The notes beneath the pieces were generated by a model. It saw only the letters and a list, made by a program, of their open reading frames with translations, had not been told where the DNA came from and did no database searches. Below, piece by piece: positions 1 to 10,940 of a stretch of 64,000 nucleotides of DNA. Source of the stretch: Schizochytrium sp. TIO01 (taxonomy: Eukaryota; Protista; Bigyra: Labyrinthulomycetes); the NCBI GenBank assembly GCA_004764695.1, contig SMSO01000014.1, positions 1,049,648 through 1,113,647 on the forward strand, in the 5' to 3' direction. Both the position numbers and the translations under genes were made by a program. The first letter of the stretch is position 1. Each line of letters starts with the position of its first letter.

Positions 1-247
1 TGCAAGAGAAAGCATCGAGAAGAAGAAGCAAAGGAATAGTTCAGATCCAGGAAGCAAACAAGAAGTGGCAAAGAGCGTACGTGGCTTCTCTCTGTTTCTT
101 CTTTCTTTGTTTCTCTGTTTCCTGTTCACCGCAGAAGAACTCCAAGCCGCGAGAGCATCCAAAACCAAAAAGCAATCGAAGAACCTTCGACCCGCAATCT
201 CGTTGAATAATCAGACACCAAATAAATAATATAATACAGCAAGCACA

Positions 248-1951
248 ATGGGCGACTCTTATGTTGACTGTACGTCTGCAGAGCCTTTACCGTACTCCGG
301 CTTTGAAGCAACAACCACATCATTGAATGCAGACTTCGAGAGCTTTGAGAACTTCATGGATGATGATAATGGCTACGGCTGCAATAACTTTCAAGTCCAG
401 CGTCACAACTCATCAGCAACTGATGTCTCAATGGCAGCATACGGTGAGGAGCAAGCATGGAACTCATGGGAAAACCAACAAAACAACTACTATCAAAAGC
501 CAGCCTATCAGGACCAGTACTACGCGAACCAACATCCTTCAAGCATGGACTACCGCCAGACATCAATCCCACCAATGCCGCAGTATGACCAAGGCTACTA
601 CGGCAATAATGGTGACTTTAGATACCACGGACCTGACGCCAATTTTGTTTCAGGAAACGGCTCATACGAACAAGCAGATTTCGAATTCGGCGTTGAACAG
701 GAACAACAACTCACACATGGCTATGCGCCAAGAGATCCTTTGACTCGCTCAGCATCATCAAGCACAGCTTCAAATACCTCAATGAATGATCGCAGGGTCA
801 ACCGCGATTTAAGCATTGCATCAGATGAAACCACCATGACCACACCATCTGTCAATAAACAAGCAGCTCGTGCTCACTGGCAATCACATTCCGGTTATGA
901 CGACGCAATGGAGCCTACAAATTATTACCCCAAGGAGAGAATTGTCCCTTACCCCGACCCACATCACACAGAGCCAGCCCACGCCGTCCGTAGAGACGCT
1001 TGGAACTGGAAACCATCCGCAAGTTACGAGGTCAGCGGTCCTGAACGAACCTCTAAAGCTAGTAGCATGAATGCGTATGGCCCTTCTGACTATGCACCAT
1101 CCTCGAACAACCCGAGCTATCCTGGCCTCGAGCTTCCTGTATACCCTGACGAAGCTGGTGCGGCCCCTTTCTCAGAGTACACTTCAGAGCTTCCGCGTGG
1201 TTCCCAGCAACGCTACCCACCAACGGCAATGCAAAATCGGAAACACCCAGGATTCGTTAGTGCAACTCAGCCTCGCTCCAACTTGCATCCCAAGGTTGTA
1301 GCCTCCGCTCTGCAAACAAAGAGCAGGCAGCCTAACCCTGCTGCTCAAGCTCACGACTCGGACCCTTCCAAGAGCACTCTGACGCACAAGAAGACCTTTC
1401 AACCATTGAGGCCCGCAAGCAGTGACAACAATTCTGTTGAGCCCGGCCCAGATAAGCTCGCCCAAGCTCCTTCTTTGAAGGAGAACAACCTGCCTTTACA
1501 GCCCAGTGGCATCAAGGATGTAGGACTCAAGTCTTCCAACCCTGCTACAAACACAAAGATCCAATCCTCCGCCACCGTCAAACCAGAGCGTCTTACAAAG
1601 CGAAAATCAACTGGAGAAACCATTCTTAGCCCACTCGGAAAACGCGGTGGTGGACAACGCACTAAGAATACCGACATCAAAGAACCGCTGTCAAAGAAAG
1701 CAAAAGAGCACAAGGGTGTCTCAATGTACCGTGGTGTCTCCTGGCACAAGCGTGACCGCCGTTGGCTCGCAAGACTCTGGGTCGATGGCAAAATTCGTTA
1801 TCTGGGAAGTTATTTTGATGAACATGAAGCAGCACTCGCTGTAGATCTGTGCGCTCTTAAAGAGTTTGGTAACTCCAGCGCACGCTTAAACTTTACACCG
1901 GAACAGCGTGAAAAGTTGATGAGCTCTGCTTCAAAGCTACCCCAATTGTAA
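248..1951 (+). CDS. AP2/ERF-domain transcription factor (long low-complexity N-terminus, single C-terminal AP2 domain)
   Basis: 567-aa ORF. C-terminal SMYRGVSWHKRDRRWLARLWVDGKIRYLGSYFDEHEAALAVD...ARLNF fits the AP2 consensus, and basic NLS-like patches precede it. Confidence 0.9.
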   Translation: MGDSYVDCTSAEPLPYSGFEATTTSLNADFESFENFMDDDNGYGCNNFQVQRHNSSATDVSMAAYGEEQAWNSWENQQNNYYQKPAYQDQYYANQHPSSMDYRQTSIPPMPQYDQGYYGNNGDFRYHGPDANFVSGNGSYEQADFEFGVEQEQQLTHGYAPRDPLTRSASSSTASNTSMNDRRVNRDLSIASDETTMTTPSVNKQAARAHWQSHSGYDDAMEPTNYYPKERIVPYPDPHHTEPAHAVRRDAWNWKPSASYEVSGPERTSKASSMNAYGPSDYAPSSNNPSYPGLELPVYPDEAGAAPFSEYTSELPRGSQQRYPPTAMQNRKHPGFVSATQPRSNLHPKVVASALQTKSRQPNPAAQAHDSDPSKSTLTHKKTFQPLRPASSDNNSVEPGPDKLAQAPSLKENNLPLQPSGIKDVGLKSSNPATNTKIQSSATVKPERLTKRKSTGETILSPLGKRGGGQRTKNTDIKEPLSKKAKEHKGVSMYRGVSWHKRDRRWLARLWVDGKIRYLGSYFDEHEAALAVDLCALKEFGNSSARLNFTPEQREKLMSSASKLPQL

Positions 1952-2908
1952 ACCTGATCAAGCAAAAAGAAAAATTGTACCTTTACATCTTAAAGCCCCC
2001 TTTTTATAAACTAGAACCCAATAGCTTCTCTTTATCATATCGTTCAATTTTCTTCCTGTGTGTGTTTGCCTTCTGTAGAAACCCATGCAAAGTAGTACAG
2101 CATAATAGGTAGGTACAAAGGTACAACAAACTTAAACCCTACACAAGATTCCTGCCCTTGTAGGCTGTATCAAAAAGCTCGTTGTTACAAAACTGATTGT
2201 TGTCAATCTGTCAATACAAACAATTAAATTCGCAGAAAAGCACCTTCGACGACGTGCCTACGAACCTAGTTAGTATCTACAAGACAGAATCCCAATGGCC
2301 CCAGCGCTACATAATATGCAACCCTTTGAGTGCTTACCCCATATGTACTGCAGCTTACTCTCACATAAATATCATTTCGCCAGCTACTTTTCGCAACCCG
2401 GACTTCTCATGTAAGGTAGCTCTCGCAGTGTGCACAAACTGGTCTCTCGCGGACCTCCATAACATCCTAGCGATAGCGTCCCCATGAAAACAAAAGCGCC
2501 ACCCAGCTAGCTCCCCATCATCGTCCTCTAGAGGTTGTACTTGAAGCTACCTCCATTCGCCCTTCTACTCACTGACTTGTTCCCAGCTCTCTGCTGGAAA
2601 GCTTTGATCGGAACCCCAACCACAAACGAGGCGTCGACCAGCAGAGTGAGCTAGCTAGTGACTGGCTAGTGTCCATGAAGATCGTGTCCATGCACATACC
2701 AAACTAGTGCTAGTGGTACCGGTAGCAAGCAATAGTAGCTGCGGTGCACACCCCTCATATTTGCTGCTTTCGGGACTACACTTTGGAAGTTCCACAGGTT
2801 CTTATCAAATGGGTGCCTCATTGTTGAGTGTAATATGCCAACAAAACTAAACTCAACCAAGAGACAAGCAGCTGGACGAGTGCACGCGAGGTTGACGAGG
2901 CTGCGAAG

Positions 2909-4223
2909 ATGACTTCGAGCAAGGAAGATGATCAACGATGGATGGATGGCCTCACGGAGGGCGAACTCCACCGACTCCGAAGTTTCCAGCTCAGTGGACG
3001 TATCAACGAGACTCTCATTGAAGGTAAGTGGATCGAGTTGAATCGAGCTGTACGCGCTCAAAAGGCCAACCAAGCACAGGGGGGAATAGCATCTTGAACA
3101 AGTTGCAAGTGCGTATCTAAAGAACAAAGGGTGTCTTGTACGGAAAGAGCGCGCTAGCTTCTGAGTGGGTTCCTTCATAGTATGGTATGCTCTTACAGCT
3201 TTACTCCAATCGATTTTCCCATGTTCTGTCTTGACACGTGCTCATGTGTGTGCTAAACTTTCCGCACAATCATTGAAAGGCAGGGCCGAGAACAGAACAG
3301 ATCAATCAGAGTGGACTAACAAACATACCTGATTGTTTTTCCTCTTCGAAATGATTTTTTTTTTTTGCATTATTATGGTCAGGCGTGGACTTCTTTACGG
3401 ACTTGGCCTTTGTGGCCACCCTCTATATCTTTAGCTTGCCATCCGAAACCGGAAACTATTTCTTAGACACATTGGCAGAAACGGTGGCTACCCCAGGCTC
3501 AGAACCTCGCGATTTGGCTTTCTTTAATCGCCTTTTCTGGGTTGGTGCAATGACGATGCTCTTGAACATCTGCATTCGTATTGGTATTTGGATTCAACAA
3601 TGGGTAAAGTATAAAGAGTACATCACTACTCGTCGCGACTACTTTCTCTTTGCATCTGTACTTCCTGTCATTTTGGTTGAGCCCCATAATGGTCTCCTTT
3701 ACGTTACTCGTATTCTTCGAACCAAAAGTGAACCGCTTACTGAATACCAATACAATTCGCGCGAGGTTAAAATTAACGCGTTTATGCTTCTGCTCGAGGA
3801 TGTCCCTCAAGTAAGTTTAACCAGTGCACCATTCACAAAATAATCGGTATTCGCGTCTCTTTATAATTATTGCGCTGAACAAAAGGTCTTGAACAAAGGA
3901 AAGCTAACACACGCCTTTCATACGCTGACAGTTTATTGTTCAAGTCATCTTTTGGTTTAATGTGAAGAAGGGTGGTCTCACAGTCACGTAAGTCTTACGA
4001 TGAATTTCACTCGTTTTGAGATTCAACTTTGACCTTAGAATTGTATCCTCACGAAATGCTTGCTATTCTTGTTATTTTATACAGATGGTACCTTACAACA
4101 GTTGTCTCTGTCCTCAAGCTTTTGGCTGCAGGAACTGCAATTCTTGTTACATTATTTCAACTTCGTTCAATGAAGAAAACCTCAGCTACTCAGATCTCTG
4201 CAAAGACAGCAGAAGATGCATGA
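2909..4223 (+). CDS. Four-exon multi-pass membrane protein, XK-related-like (exons 2909-3023, 3383-3810, 3932-3987, 4085-4223; about 245 aa)
   Basis: GTAAGT donors at 3024, 3811 and 3988, CAG acceptors at 3382, 3931 and 4084, and CTAAC branch-like sites. Phases join in frame, giving GVDFFTDLAF...LLLEDVPQFIVQVIF...WYLTTVVSVLKLL. The DxxTD and EDxPQxxxQ motifs resemble XK-related proteins. The first exon is the least certain. Confidence 0.65.
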
Positions 4224-5118
4224 CCAAATTACCTTCCTCAGTTTCCCTTTCATTTTTATGAAATAATTAAATAATTTCTTGCTATGTTGTTGTTCTTTAT
4301 GTGTTTCCATACTCCTTACAAACCAACTTTCCCCATATAAAGCTTCGTTCAGAGAATTTGTCTTTTCAGGATAATATTCGCTGGACTTTGATCAGCACTT
4401 ACGCCTAAACAGTATTATGAATAATTACTTGGTGACAAACCTGCAGGTGACTAATCCTCCATGCTTTCGATATTTAGAGCTCGTTCTATTTGCTGGTATA
4501 TTAATATATAAATTGTAGGAATAGCTTTACCATTGCTCTCGCCATGTTTTAAACAAGCAAGCTCATGGTCTGATTGATCTTATTACAACGTACTACCTAA
4601 CCTTTCAGGTGCTACTAGTCCAATTATAATTTCTAACCAACTACTAGTCTCCTTGCATATGTTTCTCTTTCATAATATCCTTTCCTTCGTGGTAGGGAAC
4701 ACAGGGAACTTATCTGGCTGGCTCAGAGCTCATAGTAAAAGAATCTCAAACTCTCACTTCATCGCAACTCAGTCCTTTAAACTACACTTAAATTCATGGT
4801 AACCCCCCCCCAAAAAAAGCCAAACCTTCAAGCTACTCATTAGTTGACTAAAGTAACCAAACTATCAAGCAAGGAATCTAAATCTGCAGAGTTCATTTCG
4901 TCATTTGCACATTTCTCGTTGGCAATGGTAAATTAGCATACTAATACATAAAAGTGGAAACTTGGCATATTAATACTCAAAGTTTATTCTGCTTAGTAAT
5001 AACGAGACGCTCCGTTTGGTTGGCGACTGGTTCTGCGAGCACGAAAAAGTATTGGTAAAGCAGCAAAGTTCGAGGCCTCTTCGCGTGGCGAGAGAAGCGG
5101 TCGAGAAGGTTGGCTGCA

Positions 5119-7836
5119 ATGGACGTCCAGGAGGATGTGGACGCAGGTTCCGAGGCCACGTGGCGTGTGAGCGCAAGCCACAATGGTGTGTATATGGGTG
5201 GCAAGCTTGCGTTTTCTGAAGACGGCCGATGGTTTGCAAGCATGTTCGAGGCAAATGTCTCCTTCGTGGAAGCCGCGACAGGTCGTCTTCTTTTCAGGCT
5301 GCAGCGCGAACCAGAGAATGACGATGAAGCTGAGTCCATGGAACGTATTACGACCTTTGCTCTTCACCCAGACGGCAATGAGATTGTGACCGCGAGCGAT
5401 AACCAGCTTATCCGATGCTGGAGTTTCCGCGACGCGCTTGCCGAGGCCCTCGGCACCCTCGACCCAAGCTCCTCCGATACCCAGGAGAGCGCAGCCTCTG
5501 GCAACTCTGCTGATCAGAGTGGGCGTAATTTTGCAGCTGCGAAGACATGGAGACCTGAGATGACCCGGTCTTGGCGTGGCCACGAAGGACCTATCACCTG
5601 CGCCGACTTCCACACTCAAGGAGACCTCTTTGCAACAGGCAGTAGCGATCGTACCGTCAAGGTCTGGAGTATGTCTGGTGGCTACTGCACGCATAACTTT
5701 AGGGCTCATACTGGGGTTATTACTTTTGTGGGATTCCACCCCAGGGGAGGCACGCTCAAACTCGCTTCAGGAGACAGCTCTGGTGGCGCACATGTTTGGG
5801 ATTTGATGGCACAAACCGACGAAGAGCACGCAAAGGGTGCACACATTGCTCTTAAAAACCATGTTTCAGCGATCTCGGCTGTAGAATTTACCCCTGACGG
5901 CAGGTACGTTGTTACTGCCAGTAGGGACAAGGTACTCTGCGTGTGGGACAAGAGCGGCAAGATGGTCAAGTCACTTGCGGTTCTCGAGGCCGTTGAGGGC
6001 CTCCAGGTGCTGCCTGTGAATGAAACCGGGCTCATTAAGGGACAACATGAACAGACCAAGGGAAAGGAAGCAGGGTATGCAATTGCAATTGCCGGAAGCA
6101 AGGGCATAGTTCGCATGTACAACTTTGTGCCAGCGACCAAGAGCAGGGATGCGAGCATGACAATGTTTGCGTCGGAGGAAAACCTGGCAGTGCAACACGA
6201 ACTCACAGGACTATTTATTCGCAAAGTTCCTGAAAACAACGCAGTGCAGCTGGTGACTGCCACCTTCGACAACTTGATCATTTACATCAACCCCAAAACT
6301 CTGAAGCGTGAGAGACAGCTCATCGGCTTCAACGACGAAATCCTTGATCTGCGCGCACTGCCCGGTCGCCGTGTTGTCATGGCTACAAACGCCGATTATG
6401 CCGCCATTGTCAACCTTGACACCTTTGATAGCAAACTCTTAGTTGGCCACAAAGCTGCCGTACTTTCCGTCGATGTCTCCCCGCGACATGGTTACGTGGT
6501 GACTGGTTCTAAGGACAATACCATCCGCGTCTTCAATGTGGAAACTGGCGAGTGCATTGCCTCGGGCGAAGGCCATACCGAAGCAGTTGCGTCAGTTCGT
6601 TTTCTCCAGCTTGACGAGACTGTTCTGGAGCGCCTGCAGGCAAAGTCTGTCGGAAATAAACGCCAACGTGTGGAGCCTGCTGATGAGCCCGCCGCAGCTG
6701 GTGCTCACAAATTGTCTCCACCGGTTATTGCATCTGGTGGTGCTGATAAGAGTCTTAAGTTTTGGTCTATCGAAACCAGACGTGTGGCCCAAGCTTTGGT
6801 CTGCAAACATACCGAGATTGCTCATGAAAAGGCAATCAACGCACTCGCAACGAGCCCGAACAAGGCCCTCGTTGCCACCGGATCGCAGGATCGCACCATT
6901 AAACTATGGGCACCTGAGGGCTTTGAACTTCGAGGTGTCCTTCGCGGTCATAAGCGCGGCATTTGGGATCTTGCCTTCTCTCCCGTTGAGCGCTGCTTGG
7001 CTTCTGCGTCTGCAGACAAGACCATCCGCATTTGGAGCATTGGTGAAATGACTTGCCTCTCTGTTTTGGAGGGCCATGCCACTTCCGTGCTTCGTCTCCA
7101 GTACCTTGTAGGGGGGCAACAGATTGCTTCAGCTGCTTCTAATGGTGTAATGAAGGTTTGGTCCCTGCGGAAGGGTGAATGCACAGGAACTATGGAACAC
7201 CACGACGATAAGGTCTGGGCTCTCACAGCTGTCCCATATGAAGATAGTCCTGTCCCTGAGGGTCCGGATGGCGCTGCCGATGCCGCACTTGAACAACCGC
7301 GTACTCTCGAGCTTGTTTCTGGAGGCTCGGACTCTCGTCTCGTGCTATGGAAGGACTTCTCTGAGCAGTTGAACAAGGAAGCGATGGCTAGGGATGAAGA
7401 GAGGCTCCTCAAAGAGCAGGAGCTCTATACCAGTCTACGCCGCAGAGATTACTTCCGTGCTGCTTTGCGTGCTCTTGAGTTGAATCATCAGCACCAACTT
7501 CGCACTACTCTCGAGACCATGCTTACGGTTGCCAAGTCACCTGAGGATCCAGTCTCGATTACTAGTTTTGTTAAAGCCCTCGATCGCCAGCAGCTCTTTC
7601 GGTGCTGGGAATTAGCACGGGACTGGAACATGTACGCTCGAAACGCCGTGGTTGCCCATGCGCTCTTGGAGGCCCTCCTTACTGTGGAAGTGCCTCTTGC
7701 CTCCACCGCGAAGGCTCAGTCAATTCTTGACCCTACACTTTCCTACAGTGAACGCCACTTCCAGCGCCTTGACCGTTTGGCCAAGGATTCCTACTTATTA
7801 GATCATGCGCTATCTTGCATGGACCATCTCGAGTAA
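5119..7836 (+). CDS. UTP13: U3 snoRNP / SSU processome WD40 protein Utp13 (TBL3)
   Basis: Many WD40 repeats, including ATGSSDRTVKVW..GGYCTHNFRAHTGV and ATGSQDRTIKLW..LRGHKRGIW. The C-terminal Utp13 domain reads EQELY..ALRALELNH..WN..ARN..YSERHFQRLDRL. First ATG at 5119. Confidence 0.93.
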   Translation: MDVQEDVDAGSEATWRVSASHNGVYMGGKLAFSEDGRWFASMFEANVSFVEAATGRLLFRLQREPENDDEAESMERITTFALHPDGNEIVTASDNQLIRCWSFRDALAEALGTLDPSSSDTQESAASGNSADQSGRNFAAAKTWRPEMTRSWRGHEGPITCADFHTQGDLFATGSSDRTVKVWSMSGGYCTHNFRAHTGVITFVGFHPRGGTLKLASGDSSGGAHVWDLMAQTDEEHAKGAHIALKNHVSAISAVEFTPDGRYVVTASRDKVLCVWDKSGKMVKSLAVLEAVEGLQVLPVNETGLIKGQHEQTKGKEAGYAIAIAGSKGIVRMYNFVPATKSRDASMTMFASEENLAVQHELTGLFIRKVPENNAVQLVTATFDNLIIYINPKTLKRERQLIGFNDEILDLRALPGRRVVMATNADYAAIVNLDTFDSKLLVGHKAAVLSVDVSPRHGYVVTGSKDNTIRVFNVETGECIASGEGHTEAVASVRFLQLDETVLERLQAKSVGNKRQRVEPADEPAAAGAHKLSPPVIASGGADKSLKFWSIETRRVAQALVCKHTEIAHEKAINALATSPNKALVATGSQDRTIKLWAPEGFELRGVLRGHKRGIWDLAFSPVERCLASASADKTIRIWSIGEMTCLSVLEGHATSVLRLQYLVGGQQIASAASNGVMKVWSLRKGECTGTMEHHDDKVWALTAVPYEDSPVPEGPDGAADAALEQPRTLELVSGGSDSRLVLWKDFSEQLNKEAMARDEERLLKEQELYTSLRRRDYFRAALRALELNHQHQLRTTLETMLTVAKSPEDPVSITSFVKALDRQQLFRCWELARDWNMYARNAVVAHALLEALLTVEVPLASTAKAQSILDPTLSYSERHFQRLDRLAKDSYLLDHALSCMDHLE

Positions 7837-8274
7837 AACTTAGCAACTATCCAACCTTCATTAGACTACAAACACTTCATCCTTAACTTTTGCATACAAA
7901 TACTTCAATCCTTTGCTGACAACTTCCTAGTTTGTTGCATCAATTATTGTTTTCACAAACACTCAGTCTCTGAGAATAGCGCGCTCGATGGGAAATACAC
8001 AACTTACCTTCATCTTTTCACTTAGCTGAAGCTTGTTTACATATTTTGATTTTAATAATTTATTTATTTGGTGGGGGGGGGCTAACAAACACATATTGTC
8101 AAGAGAATAAACGATGATATATTCATATAGACTAACTTATATCCATATAGATGCCATTGCCAACGGAGACTGATGAACAAAATCATTGTCATGGTGGAAG
8201 GAAAGATAATCGGGATTGATTCGTATCCGAATAATAATGTGTCTTTTAATTTTGTACTCAATTAATTAAATTCA

Positions 8275-9456
8275 TTACAATTGTAGCGCGGTTGTGGGCT
8301 CGAGATCTTCATATTGTCGAAAATCACTTTCATCATCCTCTCCCTCATCATCCAATAGGCCTTCGTCATCATCGTCTTCATCACCATCGGGGTCATAAGG
8401 TCCTTCCTCGCGGCCGTAGTAGTACTCATCATCATCTGCATTTTCTCCGCCCTCCTCCACGAAGCCATCCACATGCTCTTCATATGAGTCAAGGTGCTCA
8501 TATGTTGGACCTGGGTAATAAAATGAAGAACCATTTGCAAGCGCTGTAGTGCTGTCGGTATCATCTGGATTGGAAGCAGCAGAGAAGCTTCGCGCGGGAA
8601 AGAACTGTTGCATATAATTAACTTGGCCCCGTAGTGTGTGATTCTCAGCTTCAAGATTCATTGCATATTCTTGCAAGACGTCAAACTTTGCGCTCTGTGT
8701 ACTGACCTCCTCCTTTAACGATGCAAACATGTCTCGTAGACTAACAAGAGCACTTTTCAAGCGTTGGTTTTGCTTCTCTAGTTCGTCAATTTTTTGTTGC
8801 GAGGCAACATTAGCATCTACCTGTGCTTGCTGAGAACTAGCCAGCTTGCGTACTTTGACCGCATCAAACAGTTCCTCAACAGGAGAAGCACCTCTAGCGC
8901 GAATAGCAGCAGCCTTTGCCATAGCTATGTCATCAACATCAAGCTCAGTATCAGATTCAGCCTGGATTTCGGATTCACGCAGAATTTGATTCTTCACTGC
9001 AAATGCGGGCCCAGCATAGCTGGGGAGGACCGCCTTTGCCCAAGAATGTTGCATGCCGACAAACGAATACGGAAACTCACGCGTCTGTTGCGAGTTTTGC
9101 ATAATTGTGCCATTCTGTAACACTCGAAAGGGCTCTTGTGGTTGATGTTGCTGCTGCTGTTGCCGCTCCTGCATAAATCGAATTTGCGACGAGTCATTCA
9201 TATAATTCTCTTGGGGTAGAGTTTGACCTTCATCTTGAGCATAAGCGTATCGCGAAAGTTGATGTTGGGAGTCTATGGCTGAAAGTTGCTGCTGCTGCTG
9301 TTGCTGCTGCATGAGCATCTGTTGCCGTTGCTGCTGCTCTTGGAGAACCCGGAATGCCTGCTGTGACGCATCAGCTGCTGGCGTGAATGGTGTTTGCCGC
9401 TGCTGTGAAGACTGTTGCAGAAACGAGGGTATACCAAAGCCCGTCGTGGACTGCAT
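8275..9456 (-). CDS. Uncharacterised protein: Q-rich N-terminus, central coiled coil, acidic C-terminus
   Basis: 393-aa ORF with polyQ tracts, a heptad region (KIDELEKQNQRLKSALVSLRDMFASLKEEV...NLEAENHTLRGQV) and a D/E-rich tail. No family recognised. Confidence 0.75.
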   Translation of the reverse strand: MQSTTGFGIPSFLQQSSQQRQTPFTPAADASQQAFRVLQEQQQRQQMLMQQQQQQQQLSAIDSQHQLSRYAYAQDEGQTLPQENYMNDSSQIRFMQERQQQQQHQPQEPFRVLQNGTIMQNSQQTREFPYSFVGMQHSWAKAVLPSYAGPAFAVKNQILRESEIQAESDTELDVDDIAMAKAAAIRARGASPVEELFDAVKVRKLASSQQAQVDANVASQQKIDELEKQNQRLKSALVSLRDMFASLKEEVSTQSAKFDVLQEYAMNLEAENHTLRGQVNYMQQFFPARSFSAASNPDDTDSTTALANGSSFYYPGPTYEHLDSYEEHVDGFVEEGGENADDDEYYYGREEGPYDPDGDEDDDDEGLLDDEGEDDESDFRQYEDLEPTTALQL

Positions 9457-10940
9457 TTTGCCTCAAAGAGGTGGCACCTGCAAGCTTCCACGTTTCTAAG
9501 CCCCGCACAAGGTTTCAGTCTACAGCTGTCTCGAGCACAAACCTTGATGGTACAAGGCACTGCTCGCAAGGCACTGGGAAGTGGTGGTAACGCAGAGAAT
9601 CGAGTGAACGAACGAACGAAGGAAACAAGGTACAACTTGAACGAGGTCGGGCGCAGCAGCCTGTGCTGACAGCTCGATCACAGGTGCCGGCCCAAAGAGG
9701 GCCTGGCAGCCGCCGCTACGCCCCGAACGACGGCTAGGCGCCGGCGAATGCCTCGAGAAACGGCGCTGGTGGATTTGGAGATTGCAGTTTTCATTCGTTC
9801 AATTGTTCTTTCTTGATTTCTTTTGTTGAGTGCTTTTATTTTGTATGTACGCTTCTTATAGCTAATACTTGGACAGAAAAAGAGAATCAAGCATTCAATC
9901 TCTTTGGGTGTATCGTCAATTCTGCTCCATAAGCTCACCTCCTTTTCAATTTTCTTATATACGATAGGTTTTGCTGTCTTACCTCATTTGGTTCGTGTTG
10001 ACCTTCGTAGACCACTGGCGAGAGCGAGATGATTCGCTTTCATCCCGTGATCTGATGGCCTTATTTTGACTCACCTTCACAGTGTTTTAATTCATGTTCT
10101 TAAAGTGATTTCTTTCTTTCTTTCGAAGGGTGGCTAATAGGATGTAATAAGAGAGACGGTATTTATGACTTTTTAGTTTCTAAAAAGGAAAGAAATAAAG
10201 AATGAGTGTTGGTGGTGGCGGCGGTGGCGATGTTAACACTGCTGCCATTGCTCCTTCACGAGGAAGTTAGACATGGAAAGGGTCATTCAGAATAGCTCCG
10301 GTAGTTCTGTATAATTTGTTCGGGAGCTTTGAGTCTGGACAGAACTATAAAGTTAGTTACCTGTTGCGAAAGTTTTAGAGACATAGTGGAATTACATACA
10401 AGAGAACCCGTTACGCTGCTACATGAAAGAATAAAATCGGAAACTAGAGGATGAGATGCAATTTTTGGAGGCCAAATGGAGATCGCCACATCACTCAAAG
10501 CAGAGGAATGTATTTGAGGCAACACAGAATCCTCGTCATCAGCATCGTGTTTTCTCTGGTTACAATGTACAAGAAATTTCAGGATGTCCTGAACTACTAG
10601 ACCATAATAGGACGCGAGGGTGTGCAAAGCAGTTCGCAGGGTAGTACACGTTCCCTATAATGTTACCAAAGTCCAATTCTGCAGTGCCCGCGGCGTGGCT
10701 AGGTGAACATGGAACACAGCCAGGACCTCGGGGCCGACGAAAGGCTATTGGACGAGTAAAGCGTAATCAGCGAGGCTTGCCAGCTTCATTCAGTCTCGCC
10801 CGGCCTTTATCGAAGCAAGTGTAAGCCTAGCTAGCTAGCCACGTACGTGCGGCGTTGTAAATTAGTGCACTCAAACAGCTGTCTCTGGAAGATATCGCCA
10901 GAATTACAGCGTGACATCAAGCTCACAACTGACTACGAGA

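Noticed and set aside
4993-6281. 248-aa and 191-aa minus-strand ORFs
   Set aside because: Antisense to the well-supported UTP13 gene.
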